Source of the DNA: a virus
Taxonomy: Duplodnaviria; Caudoviricetes
IMG/VR virus record: IMGVR_UViG_3300003967_000007
Span: 1 to 50,215 of that record
Length of the DNA: 50,215 nucleotides
Reading direction: 5' to 3' (one strand)
Shown in pieces: positions 14,240 through 24,123 of this stretch (its first letter is position 1; every line of letters begins with the position of its first letter). Position numbers and translations under genes: made by a program. Below the pieces are notes generated by a model. It did no database searches, was not told the origin of the DNA, and saw only the letters and a list, made by a program, of their open reading frames with translations.

Positions 14240-16884
14240 CCGAGACCTATCAGGACTTCATCCGCGCCAAGGCCAAGGTCGCGCGCCAGCAGGGCTTCGA
14301 GGTTGATCCGGACGAGATCAATCCGGCACTGAAGCCGCATATTCAGGCCATTGTGCCATGGATGCTGTCGGGCGGCCGGCGCGCCTTCTTCGGCCGCTTC
14401 GGCATGCAGAAGACCACCGCGCATCTGGAATGCATGCGCCTGGTCATGCGCCATTTCGACGGCCCGACCCTGATCGCGCTGCCGCTGGGTGCGCGCCTGT
14501 CCTTCTTCCGTGACGCCGCGGAATATTTCTCCGGCGATTACGCCATCCGGATCAAGTTCATCCGGTCGAATGACGAGATTGACCTCGATGCGATCAACCT
14601 GACCAACTTCGAGAGCATCCGCGAAGGCAAGGTCGATCCAGGCCTGTTCGTCGCCGCCAGCCTGGACGAGGCGGATATCCTGCGCAGCTTCGGCGGCACC
14701 AAGACCTTCCGCGAGTTCATGCGGGTGTTCCAGGACGTCGAATATCGCTTCGTGGCGACCGCGACGCCGGACCCGAACGAGTATGTCGAACTGCTGGCTT
14801 ATGCCGACTTCCTCGGCGTGATGGAGACGGGCGAAGCGAAGACCCGGTTCTTCAAGCGCGACAGCACCAAGGCCGACAAACTCACCATCCATCCCCACAA
14901 GGAGCGGGAATTCTGGCTCTGGGTGGCATCGTGGGCGCTCTTCCTGCAGAAGCCGTCCGACCTGGGCCCGCAGTTCAGCGACGAAGGCTACGATCTGCCG
15001 CCGCTGGATATCCGCTGGCACGAGGTCCCGACCAACCACGCCACGGCCGCGCCGAGCCGGGACGGGCATGGTGCGCTGTTCAAGGACACCGCCACGAACC
15101 TGGCCGATGCCGCGCGCGAAAAGCGCGAAAGCCTGCCGGCGCGCATTGCCAAGGTGATGGAGATTCGGGCCGAGCAGCCCGAGGCCCATCGCATCCTGTG
15201 GCACGACCTGGAAGACGAGCGGCGCGCACTGGAGAAGGCCATTCCCGGCCTGGCCACGGCCTACGGGTCGCAGGATATCGAGGAGCGGGAGCGGATCCTG
15301 TCCGACTTCTCGGCCGGCACCATCCCCGAGCTGGGCGGCAAGCCCATGCAGATCGGCGCCGGCGGCAACTACCAGTCCTTCTGCTGGTGGGCCGTGTTCG
15401 CCGGCATCGGCTTCAAGTTCAAGGACATCATCCAGGCGGTTCACCGCATCCAGCGCTATGGCCAGCGGTTTCACCTGTTCCCGGCCGGTGCCGATCGCCA
15501 GCCCGCTGTCCGGCTCGACTTCATCTACACGGAGGCCGAGCGCGGCATCCGGCGCGTGCTGGAGGAGAAGTGGCAGCGCTACGAAGAGCAGGCGGCGAAT
15601 ATGTCCGCCCTGATCCGGGAATACGGCTTGGCGCACCAGGATATTGCCTCTGCCCTGCAGCGGAGCATCGGCGTCGAGCGGGTCGAAGCCGTCGGCCAGG
15701 CCTGGCGGGCGATCAACAACGACACGGTCGAGGAAACCGCCTCGATGCCGGACAACAGCGTCGGGCTGATCCTCTCCAGCATCCCCTTCGCCACCCAGTA
15801 CGAGTACACACCGAGCTATAACGATTTCGGCCATACCGACGACAACGCGCATTTCTGGCGGCAGATGGATTACCTCACGCCGAACCTGCTGCGCGTGCTG
15901 CAGCCGGGCCGGGACTGCGTCATTCATGTGAAGGATCGCATCGTGCCGGGCGGCATGACCCGGCTGGGCTTCCAGACCGTGCAGCCATTCCACGCCGAGA
16001 CGATCGAGCATTTCACCTCGCACGGTTTTGCCTATCTCGGCATGAAGACCATCACCACCGATGTCGTGCGCGAGAACAACCAGACCTATCGGCTCGGCTG
16101 GTCAGAGCAGTGCAAGGATGGCAGCCGCATGGGCTGCGGCATGCCGGAATACCTTATGCTGTTCCGCAAGCCACCATCCGATAGCAGCAGCGGCTATGCC
16201 GATGTGCCGGTGGTGAAGGAAAAGCCACTCTGCGACGACCCGGGCAACTCGGCCGGGGGCAAGCCAGCGCCATTCGACAAGAAGACCAACTGGAAGCAGC
16301 CGGTGCCCGGTACTGGCTATTCCCGAGGCCTCTGGCAGCTGGATGCCCACGGCTTCATGCGCAGCAGCGGCGACCGCCTGCTGTCCTCGGCCGAGCTGAT
16401 GGCGCTGCCGCATGACCAGCTGTTCAAGCTATGGCGGGAGCGTTCGCAGGAGGCGGTCTACAACTTCGCCGGCCATGTGGCGATCACCGAGGAAATGGAT
16501 CGCCTTGGCAAGCTGCCCAGCACCTTCATGCTCTGGCCACCACATTCCTGGCATCCCGATGTCTGGACAGACGTCACCCGCATGCAGACCCTGAACGGGG
16601 CTCAGCATGCCGCCGGCCGGGAGATGCATCTCTGCCCGCTGCAGTTCGACATCGTCGATCGCGTCATCGTGCAGATGAGCAACCCGGGCGACGTTGTCTT
16701 CGATCCCTTTGGCGGCCTGATGACCGTGCCTTTGCGCGCGATCATGCACAAGCGCCGTGGCCTCGGGGTTGAACTCAACCAGGGCTATTTCCGCGACGGC
16801 GTCGAATACCTCCGCCGCTTCGAGGCGAAGATCGACACGCCGACGCTGTTTGACATCCTCTCGGTGGAGGCGGCAGCGGAATGA
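14236..16884 (+). CDS. SF2 helicase-like domain fused to an N6/N4 DNA methyltransferase
   Basis: TTG start overlapping the upstream stop; GMQKT, LDEA, TATP, QAVHRIQRYGQ (helicase motifs); SSIPF, HLCPLQ, VFDPFGG, GVELN (beta-class amino-MTase motifs). Confidence 0.85.
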   Translation: MTETYQDFIRAKAKVARQQGFEVDPDEINPALKPHIQAIVPWMLSGGRRAFFGRFGMQKTTAHLECMRLVMRHFDGPTLIALPLGARLSFFRDAAEYFSGDYAIRIKFIRSNDEIDLDAINLTNFESIREGKVDPGLFVAASLDEADILRSFGGTKTFREFMRVFQDVEYRFVATATPDPNEYVELLAYADFLGVMETGEAKTRFFKRDSTKADKLTIHPHKEREFWLWVASWALFLQKPSDLGPQFSDEGYDLPPLDIRWHEVPTNHATAAPSRDGHGALFKDTATNLADAAREKRESLPARIAKVMEIRAEQPEAHRILWHDLEDERRALEKAIPGLATAYGSQDIEERERILSDFSAGTIPELGGKPMQIGAGGNYQSFCWWAVFAGIGFKFKDIIQAVHRIQRYGQRFHLFPAGADRQPAVRLDFIYTEAERGIRRVLEEKWQRYEEQAANMSALIREYGLAHQDIASALQRSIGVERVEAVGQAWRAINNDTVEETASMPDNSVGLILSSIPFATQYEYTPSYNDFGHTDDNAHFWRQMDYLTPNLLRVLQPGRDCVIHVKDRIVPGGMTRLGFQTVQPFHAETIEHFTSHGFAYLGMKTITTDVVRENNQTYRLGWSEQCKDGSRMGCGMPEYLMLFRKPPSDSSSGYADVPVVKEKPLCDDPGNSAGGKPAPFDKKTNWKQPVPGTGYSRGLWQLDAHGFMRSSGDRLLSSAELMALPHDQLFKLWRERSQEAVYNFAGHVAITEEMDRLGKLPSTFMLWPPHSWHPDVWTDVTRMQTLNGAQHAAGREMHLCPLQFDIVDRVIVQMSNPGDVVFDPFGGLMTVPLRAIMHKRRGLGVELNQGYFRDGVEYLRRFEAKIDTPTLFDILSVEAAAE

Positions 16885-18965
16885 AGGCGCGCCAGAAGAA
16901 GATCCTCGTCGCCGATCTGCTCTGCGGTGCTGGCGGTTCGTCCACCGGTTGCGAGCGCGCACTGGCCGAACTCGGACTGCAGATGGAGCTGGTCTGCGTC
17001 AATCACTGGGGCGTCGCGATCGAGACGCACAAGAAAAACCATCCCGAGGCCCGCCATTACGTGCAGGACATCGCGACTGTCCGACCGCACCTGCTGGTGC
17101 CCGAGGGGTATCTCGACCTGCTGATGGCCTCGCCGACCTGCACGCACCACTCGGTTGCGCGTGGCGGGAAGCCAACCAGCGATCAGCAGCGCAGCGACCC
17201 CTGGCACATCATCACCTGGCTGACCGAGCTGCGGGTGAAGCGCCTGATCATCGAGAATGTCTGGGAGTTCATCGGCTGGGGCCCTGTCGATGCCCGCACT
17301 GGCCGGCCGCTCAAGTCCCGCAAGGGCGAATACTTCAACGCCTGGATCGACACGCTGCGGCGGCTGGGCTTCGAGCCGGAATGGCGCAAGCTGAATGCCG
17401 CGGACTATGGCGATGCCACCACCCGCCGCCGCTTCATTCTCATGGCGCGCAGCGACCGTAAGCGGGTGGCCTGGCCGGCCATCACGCATGTGCAGAAGGC
17501 CAATGCAGGCCTTGAACTCTTCCCCACCGCGCAGCAGTGGAAACCGGCGCGCGAGATCATCGACTGGAACCTGAAGGGCAAGTCGATCTTCAACCGCAAG
17601 AAGCCGCTGGCGCCCAAGACCTTGGCGCGCATCTATGCCGGTGCGGTGAAGTTCGGCTGGCCGGAGCCGTTCCTGGTCATCCTGCGCAACCACATGGCCG
17701 GCCAGAGCGTGGATGGCCCGCTGCCCACCATCGCGGCAAATGGAAAGCATATTGGGCTGGCGCAGCCTGTCGTGGTGCGAACCAATATGCATGGCAGGAA
17801 ATCCCCGGGCGCGAGAGGCTCCGAGGATCCTTTGATGACTATCACCACCGACGGCGGCATTGCCTTCGCTGAGCCGGTGATCGTGTCTACCGCCCATGGC
17901 GTCGATGCAGACGACCCGAACCCACACGGACGCCGGGTTAAGGATATCAACGAACCGTTGGGAGCGCTCCATGCAGGCGGCGGAAATTTCGCCGTTGCTG
18001 AGCCTATCATCCTCTCCAACCAGAACAGCGGTGCGCCCAGGTCGACCGAGGAACCGCTGCCGACGATCACCACGGGTGGATCGGCGAGCGACAAGCGGCA
18101 GGGCTGCGCGAGGCCGATGCTGGCCCAGCCTGTCATCATGAACGGGCGCAAGGGCAACCAGGCCCTTGGGGTCAATGAAGCGCCGATCCCGACGCTCGAT
18201 ACCAAGGGCGGCGTCTGGCTGGCCGAGCCGTTCATCCTCGGCCGGAATGGTGCCGAGGGTGGCGAGGCGGCCCGGCGCGCGCATTCCGTCGACAAGCCCA
18301 TGCCGACCAGCACCAACCGCGGCGCAGGCTATGTGGTCGAACCCTTCATCCTGTCCCGCCAAAGCGAGGGCGCGCCGCGTGGCGTCGACGAACCGATGCC
18401 CACCCAGACGGCTGTGCATTCCCCTGTGCTGATCTCGCCTTACTACGGCACCGGGAGCGGGGAGACCTGCAACAGCGCCGAAGAGCCGCTTCCGACTGTC
18501 ACCAGCAAGGGTCGCTTCGGAATGGTGGTGCCGGTCACACACAGCCAGGGCGGCAACAAGAGCCGTTCCGTCGATGAACCGATTCCGACGCTGACCACTG
18601 CCAAGGGTGGCGAACTGGCATTCGTCACAGCTCAGTTCGGCGAGAGAGACGGCCAGGCGCCACGTGTGCATGACCTGGCTGAACCGGCCCCAGTCGGCGT
18701 CACACTGGGTAAGGGGCTGCTGATCGAGCCGACGGCCGAATTCGACATTTTGTTCCGGATGCTCGAGCCGCACGAGCTGGCGGCCGCGATGGGCTTCAAT
18801 GGCGATGGCGAGACCTACGAGTTCGCCGGCACGAAGACGCAGCAGATCAAGCAGATCGGCAATGCCGTCTCGGTGAAGAAAATGAAGGCCTGCGTCGCCG
18901 CCATTATGGCCGATGCCGCGCCGGCCAACGCTGCGCCTAAAACCCTGAGCGAGGCCGCGGAATGA
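16881..18965 (+). CDS. C5 cytosine DNA methyltransferase with a repeat-expanded variable region
   Basis: DLLCGAGG, ASPTC, IIENV, TRRRF, RML..ELAAAMGF, QIGNAV. Confidence 0.92.
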   Translation: MKARQKKILVADLLCGAGGSSTGCERALAELGLQMELVCVNHWGVAIETHKKNHPEARHYVQDIATVRPHLLVPEGYLDLLMASPTCTHHSVARGGKPTSDQQRSDPWHIITWLTELRVKRLIIENVWEFIGWGPVDARTGRPLKSRKGEYFNAWIDTLRRLGFEPEWRKLNAADYGDATTRRRFILMARSDRKRVAWPAITHVQKANAGLELFPTAQQWKPAREIIDWNLKGKSIFNRKKPLAPKTLARIYAGAVKFGWPEPFLVILRNHMAGQSVDGPLPTIAANGKHIGLAQPVVVRTNMHGRKSPGARGSEDPLMTITTDGGIAFAEPVIVSTAHGVDADDPNPHGRRVKDINEPLGALHAGGGNFAVAEPIILSNQNSGAPRSTEEPLPTITTGGSASDKRQGCARPMLAQPVIMNGRKGNQALGVNEAPIPTLDTKGGVWLAEPFILGRNGAEGGEAARRAHSVDKPMPTSTNRGAGYVVEPFILSRQSEGAPRGVDEPMPTQTAVHSPVLISPYYGTGSGETCNSAEEPLPTVTSKGRFGMVVPVTHSQGGNKSRSVDEPIPTLTTAKGGELAFVTAQFGERDGQAPRVHDLAEPAPVGVTLGKGLLIEPTAEFDILFRMLEPHELAAAMGFNGDGETYEFAGTKTQQIKQIGNAVSVKKMKACVAAIMADAAPANAAPKTLSEAAE

Positions 18966-19162
18966 GTGACAATTACGGATTCCGCGATCTGATGGGCAAG
19001 CAGCAGCTTCTGGATGCGGCTCGCTCGGAACATTCCGCTGCCGTCTTCTTCGGTGACGACCAGCTGGTGACCGCGGCTCGCGAGAAGGCGCATCAGCAGC
19101 TGGATGCCGTGCTGGATGCCCAGGAAGCCCAGATCATCGGCCATATCAAGAGGCTGCCATGA
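18962..19162 (+). CDS. Small hypothetical protein
   Basis: 66 aa; ATGA overlaps on both sides. Confidence 0.6.
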   Translation: MSDNYGFRDLMGKQQLLDAARSEHSAAVFFGDDQLVTAAREKAHQQLDAVLDAQEAQIIGHIKRLP

Positions 19163-19530
19163 CGCCGGCGGCCGTCTATCACGCCCAGGAAGTGGTGCGC
19201 CTGATCGGCGCCACCCGCTGCGACCTTTCCGACGAGAAGCGTACCCAGGCCGATATCGCTACCGCGCTGACCGCCGCAGGCATCCCCTTCGCCCGTGAGC
19301 ACCGCTTCAGCCCGGGCGATGTGGTCGATTTCCTGGTGCGCGAGAGCGTGGCGGTAGAGGTGAAGCTGAAGCACGCCCGCAAGAAGGACGTGTTCCGTCA
19401 GCTGGAGCGATACGCGGCGCACGAGACTTGCCAGGTCCTGGTGCTGGTCACCGGCCTGCACATGGGCCTTCCGCGCGAGATCCTCGGGAAGCCGGTCTAT
19501 GTCGCAAGTCTGGGGAGGGCATGGTTGTGA
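19159..19530 (+). CDS. PD-(D/E)xK-like nuclease-fold protein
   Basis: EK..Q...REH...VVDFLV...AVEVK...QLERYA. Confidence 0.7.
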   Translation: MTPAAVYHAQEVVRLIGATRCDLSDEKRTQADIATALTAAGIPFAREHRFSPGDVVDFLVRESVAVEVKLKHARKKDVFRQLERYAAHETCQVLVLVTGLHMGLPREILGKPVYVASLGRAWL

Positions 19531-21206
19531 CCCGGACCTATGGCAGCATGGGGCTCGACACCGTAAAGCAGCGCTGGGTGATCGACGCGCTTGAGCCGCA
19601 TGTCGCCATCCGGCTGAAGCAGCTCTTCCCCAGCATTCCGAAGGGCACCGCCGCACCGTTCTGGCTAAATCGCAGCCCGGTCACCGATGCCGATCTCGAC
19701 TGGTTTACCTCTCGCTATCCATTCCGGATGTCGGACGCGGACCTGCAGGCGATGAAGAACGGCCGGCTAGGCTTCGAGCAGATGCAGGCCGAGATGGGAC
19801 GCATCATGCTGCCGGGGTACGAGCCGCCAGTGGTCACCGGCCTGCGTGAAGGTCAGGTAATCCGGCAGTACCAGGTGCAGGCGATCGAGGTGCTGCGCCG
19901 GCGGCAGATGCTCCTGCTGGGCGACGAAGGCGGCCTCGGCAAGACCTACACAGCGGCCGGCTTCCTCTGCACCGTGCCCGAGGCACTGCCAGCGGCGGTT
20001 GTCTGTGACGCCCACATGACCGCGCAGTGGAAGGAGAAGATCGAGGCCTTCACGCATCTGCGGGTGCATATCATCAAGAAGACTAAGCCTTACGACCTGC
20101 CACCGGCCGATGTCTATGTGTTCGGAATCGGCAAGGTTCATGGCTGGGCCGATATCTTCGCCACCGGCTTCTTCAAGGCCGCCGTTTACGACGAACCGCA
20201 GTCGCTGCGCGCCGGCACCGAGACGGCCAAGGGCAAGGCCTGTGCCGTGCTGTCGGCGAATGTCAGCTATCGTCTCGGGCTGACCGCCACGCCTGTCTAC
20301 AACTACGGCGACGAAATGTGGCGGATCATGCATTTCATCGATCCGGTGGTTCTGGGCGACTGGTGGGACTTCATCCGGGAGTGGTGCACGCCGATCGGCA
20401 ACGGAAAGTACCGGATCAACGAGCCCAAGGCTTTGGGCAGCTTCCTGCGCGAGCAGTTCGCCATGATCCGCCGCCTGAAGTCCGATGTCGGCCAGGAACT
20501 GCCGAAGGTCTCGCGCATCGTCGAGCATGTCGATTACGACCGCAAAGAGGTCGAACGGGTCGAGGATTTGGCGCACCAGCTGGCCATCAAGGCCACGACC
20601 GGCACGTTCATCGAGCGCGGCAGCGCGGCGCGCGACCTTGACATCATGATGCGGCATGCGACCGGCGTGGCCAAGGCCGCGACCGTCGCCATGTTCACCC
20701 GGATGCTGGTGGAGGCTGGCGAGCCGGTGGTGCTCTGGGGCTGGCATCGCGAGGTCTACGAGATCTGGAACCGCGAATTGGCCGATCTCCACCCGGCCAT
20801 GTACACCGGCACCGAGAGCGTCACCGGCAAGGGCCGCAGCAAGGATGCCTTCCTGGCCGGCGAGACCAACCTGCTGATCATGTCGCTCCGATCCGGTGCC
20901 GGCGTGGACGGCCTGCAGTATCGTTCCTCGACCGGCGTGTTCGGTGAACTCGACTGGTCGCCCGGCATTCACCAGCAGTGCATCTGGCGGCTCGACCGCG
21001 AGGGTCAGGTCAACCCGGTCACCGCATTCTTCCTAGTCACCGACGACGGCTCTGACCCGCCGATGATGGATGTGCTCGGCATCAAGGCCTCCGAGGCCCA
21101 GCAGATCGTTGATCCACATCTCGGCGCGCAGTTGGTCGACACGGACACCACCAATCTCCGCCGCCTGGTGGACCGATACCTCAAGAAGAAGCGGGGGGCG
21201 GTATGA
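19527..21206 (+). CDS. SNF2-family helicase/ATPase
   Basis: QYQ, LLGDEGGLGKT, YDEPQ, LTATP, MIRRLKSDV, GVDGLQ, ELDWSP, RLDREGQ. Confidence 0.88.
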   Translation: MTRTYGSMGLDTVKQRWVIDALEPHVAIRLKQLFPSIPKGTAAPFWLNRSPVTDADLDWFTSRYPFRMSDADLQAMKNGRLGFEQMQAEMGRIMLPGYEPPVVTGLREGQVIRQYQVQAIEVLRRRQMLLLGDEGGLGKTYTAAGFLCTVPEALPAAVVCDAHMTAQWKEKIEAFTHLRVHIIKKTKPYDLPPADVYVFGIGKVHGWADIFATGFFKAAVYDEPQSLRAGTETAKGKACAVLSANVSYRLGLTATPVYNYGDEMWRIMHFIDPVVLGDWWDFIREWCTPIGNGKYRINEPKALGSFLREQFAMIRRLKSDVGQELPKVSRIVEHVDYDRKEVERVEDLAHQLAIKATTGTFIERGSAARDLDIMMRHATGVAKAATVAMFTRMLVEAGEPVVLWGWHREVYEIWNRELADLHPAMYTGTESVTGKGRSKDAFLAGETNLLIMSLRSGAGVDGLQYRSSTGVFGELDWSPGIHQQCIWRLDREGQVNPVTAFFLVTDDGSDPPMMDVLGIKASEAQQIVDPHLGAQLVDTDTTNLRRLVDRYLKKKRGAV

Positions 21207-21223
21207 CCCATCCAGCCTCCGTC

Positions 21224-21988
21224 TCACTGTGGCGCGATCGCAATCGGCTCCTCCAGCAGGCTTTTTTGGGCGCGGATCACGTCCAGCCGCGCCTGATGCA
21301 GTTCGGGGATGCGGTAAATCAGGGCGTCGACATCGGCCAAGATTTCTTCTGCGACCGGCGTTACTTCGCTCGGATACTTCTTGGCCCTGGCGATCACCCT
21401 GTTGAAATGGGTTGCCGCCGAGATCAGGCGCCCCAGCATGATGACAGCATCAGGAGAGAGGCCTGCGATCGAGGTCTGGTTGCCGTTGAGGTTCAGCCGC
21501 TCCGGGATATTCAGGCTTGGCGCTATTTCCAGCCGATCTGGGCTTTTGAGGTAGACCATCACGGCACCGCGAATGGTCGCAAATGTGTTCTGGTACGCCG
21601 CCAGCACGGCCATCTGTGCCAAGAGGTTGGTCTCCATGTCGGAGAGTTCTCGCAGGCGTTCCTGCCGCAGCGATACCTGCAGTTGGTATTCCGCAGTGGC
21701 CACCTGACGATCCGCAGCAGCAACCTGCTCGGCAGCAGCATTGCGGGTCGCTCTTATCGTCGCCCATGCCGCAAGGCCCGCCACTATCGCCGCAACAGCT
21801 CCCCCCCATCCCTGTTGCCAGTCATACAGAACCCGCATGAGACCCGCGTATCCCGTCTTCGGGTCGAGGGTCACCGCGGCCGCATCCACCGCGCGGGTAT
21901 CCAGAAAAACCGCGGTAAGGACGATCGCTCCGAACAGAGAGATCAGGGTCGCCAGCAATGCGCCGGCGACCATAAGCAGCCACTTCAT
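21224..21988 (-). CDS. Counter-oriented membrane protein (moron-like)
   Basis: GGGGAGG RBS; two hydrophobic segments followed by a coiled-coil-like region; lies against the operon direction. Confidence 0.65.
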   Translation of the reverse strand: MKWLLMVAGALLATLISLFGAIVLTAVFLDTRAVDAAAVTLDPKTGYAGLMRVLYDWQQGWGGAVAAIVAGLAAWATIRATRNAAAEQVAAADRQVATAEYQLQVSLRQERLRELSDMETNLLAQMAVLAAYQNTFATIRGAVMVYLKSPDRLEIAPSLNIPERLNLNGNQTSIAGLSPDAVIMLGRLISAATHFNRVIARAKKYPSEVTPVAEEILADVDALIYRIPELHQARLDVIRAQKSLLEEPIAIAPQ

Positions 21989-22025
21989 AAGTACCTCCCC
22001 CCAGCCACCAGCCTTGGAGCTTAAC

Positions 22026-23150
22026 ATGGAAGCCCCCAGCTTACCCATGGCCATACCGACACAGCCGAACGCACCGCCGCGCCCCACCGGCCGCGACCCG
22101 GCCATCCGCCGCGAGGGAGCTAGGGCAGCGCTGCCTGAGCTCCGTCGCTGGCTGAAGGACGACAAGACGACCGACGACGATCTGCTCGATGATCTGGTCT
22201 CGGTAATGGGCCTGCATGACGGATACGAGCGCGCACGGGAATTCGAGCGGCGTCTCGGATATTCGCCCGATGAAGATCTGGTTGAAATCCTGGGCAACTT
22301 GAACTGCTGGCGCGCCGAGCGTGCCGCAGTCGCCGCCTGGGTCGAAGCCAATGGCATCCGGCCGGTGTATCCGCATGGCTATCGTGTGGTTTGGACCCGG
22401 AATGGCGGTAAGGCCGGCTGCATCTCGAGCATCGATGAGGCGCAAGGAACCTATGCAGTACTGCTGGATGAGAACCTCGACCAGGCGGCAAAGAAGGGGA
22501 TCGGCCACATCGGCTATACCGTGGTCTTCGAAGACGTCACGGCCGAACTCTGGTGCTGTCACATCAAGGGGCCGGACGATGTAATCGCCTGCGATGATCA
22601 TCTGCATGCCGTGCGGCTGGCGAAGCTGATCAACGAGTCAGCCGGCAAGCACGCCGCCGAACTTGATGTTATGTTCGAGGCATGCGCAGCCGTCTGGCCG
22701 CACTCAGCCGAAGCACATGCCCGCAGCCTCGGAGAGCCGTCGGTCGACTACGCCCGCGCTCTGGTCGCGACCCGCGTCACCAACGCGATGCGCGACATCA
22801 TGCTGGAACGTCGGCGGCAGATGGTGGCCGAGGGATGGGACCCGTCCCACGATGACGAACACGGCGATGGCAGCCTGCTTCGTGCAGCTGTTCTTTATTT
22901 CCACCATGCCACCAAGTTCGAAGGCCTCACTTATCAGGGTGTCGATGGGCCGCCGACCGGCTGGCCCTGGGAGCGCCACTGGTGGAAGCCGAAGGCCCCG
23001 CGTCGTGATCTGGTGCGGGCCGGCGCTCTCTGCTTGGCCGAGGAGGAGAGACTGCAGCGAGCAGGCGCTCGGACAGGCCATGTCATCCAGAAGCTCGGGC
23101 TGATCGTCGACGCGCTGGAAGCGATCGACGCCGGCGGAGCCGCAGCATGA
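22026..23150 (+). CDS. Multi-domain phage accessory protein
   Basis: Three apparent modules, including LWCCHIKGPDD...WPHSAEAH and ERRRQ..EGW..HDD...WPW..WWKP..RRDLVRAGAL; start 22026 or 22047. Confidence 0.7.
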   Translation: MEAPSLPMAIPTQPNAPPRPTGRDPAIRREGARAALPELRRWLKDDKTTDDDLLDDLVSVMGLHDGYERAREFERRLGYSPDEDLVEILGNLNCWRAERAAVAAWVEANGIRPVYPHGYRVVWTRNGGKAGCISSIDEAQGTYAVLLDENLDQAAKKGIGHIGYTVVFEDVTAELWCCHIKGPDDVIACDDHLHAVRLAKLINESAGKHAAELDVMFEACAAVWPHSAEAHARSLGEPSVDYARALVATRVTNAMRDIMLERRRQMVAEGWDPSHDDEHGDGSLLRAAVLYFHHATKFEGLTYQGVDGPPTGWPWERHWWKPKAPRRDLVRAGALCLAEEERLQRAGARTGHVIQKLGLIVDALEAIDAGGAAA

Positions 23151-23512
23151 GCTACGCAACAATGGACCATGCTAAGTGGGCCGAGCAGAACAATGCGGCC
23201 GGCCGGCGCATTCACAAAAAGCCACGATATAGCAAGCGCGGTGGGCACAAGGTCACCGAGGAAGCCGGCGAACTGCTGCAGGTGCTTGGCAAACTGGGGC
23301 CGTTCCCGTCCGGTGCGCATCCGGATGGCAGGGGTGACCTAAGAGGCCGCCTCGAGGAAGAGATCGCCGATGTCGAAGCGGCACTTGCCTATTTCGCGGT
23401 CAGGAACGGGCTCGACCTGAAGAAGATACAGCAGCGCAGGCTGATGAAAATCGCCCGCTTTAACCACTGGGACCTGACCGGCGTCCCAGCTGATCAGGAA
23501 CCGCAGTCATGA
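23147..23512 (+). CDS. MazG-like NTP pyrophosphohydrolase-fold protein
   Basis: KVTEEAGELLQVLGK...LEEEIADV (EExGE ... EExxD). Confidence 0.7.
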   Translation: MSYATMDHAKWAEQNNAAGRRIHKKPRYSKRGGHKVTEEAGELLQVLGKLGPFPSGAHPDGRGDLRGRLEEEIADVEAALAYFAVRNGLDLKKIQQRRLMKIARFNHWDLTGVPADQEPQS

Positions 23513-24123
23513 TTGATCGGTATATTGACTATCTCAAACCATTCGACCATTCGCCGATATCGCCGGCGCGCCCCGGCTTCGTGGCCGAGCAGGTCTATGT
23601 TGATCATTGGAAGGCCTTAATGGCCAAGCCCCACCACGTCTACAACTGCGCCAACGGCCAGCTTGTCAACATCCTGATGCACATCCGAGGGCATATCACT
23701 CAGCGATCGGCTGCTGTCGCAGCAACCTTCGTCATGTGGCAGGGCTGCAACGCTGGCAGCAGCATCGCCGCTGCGGCAGACAGGGCGGAAGCTGCTGGGG
23801 TGTCGGGTGAGGTGGCCTTCCTTGGCGCTTGGTCCTACGCCAACAAGCGCCATAGCCACTGCGGCGACGGTCATCGAATGATCGAGAGTATGTTAGCGCC
23901 CCGGGATCACTGGGGGAGCTACGGGCAGCACGGGCATATGACCTTGGTCAAGCTGCCGAAACTCACGATGGACGACTACGAGGTATGCGACCACGTGGCC
24001 TGCTGGCTGGGCTCACCGATAGGCAAAGACTTTCGTCAAAGAGCTGAGGCAGAGATCAGCATCAGGCGGGATGCCGTCGCCAGACACGAACTCCAGCGTG
24101 CCCGTCAAGCGGTCAGCGCATGA
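23509..24123 (+). CDS. Hypothetical phage protein
   Basis: 204 aa; ATGA overlaps on both sides. Confidence 0.65.
   Translation: MIDRYIDYLKPFDHSPISPARPGFVAEQVYVDHWKALMAKPHHVYNCANGQLVNILMHIRGHITQRSAAVAATFVMWQGCNAGSSIAAAADRAEAAGVSGEVAFLGAWSYANKRHSHCGDGHRMIESMLAPRDHWGSYGQHGHMTLVKLPKLTMDDYEVCDHVACWLGSPIGKDFRQRAEAEISIRRDAVARHELQRARQAVSA

Noticed and set aside
13450-20972. Long minus-strand ORFs (13450..16023, 16785..18773, 19767..20972) and similar ones opposite the head and tail genes
   Set aside because: They are antisense shadows of well-supported plus-strand genes, expected in GC-rich DNA, and carry no recognisable motifs.
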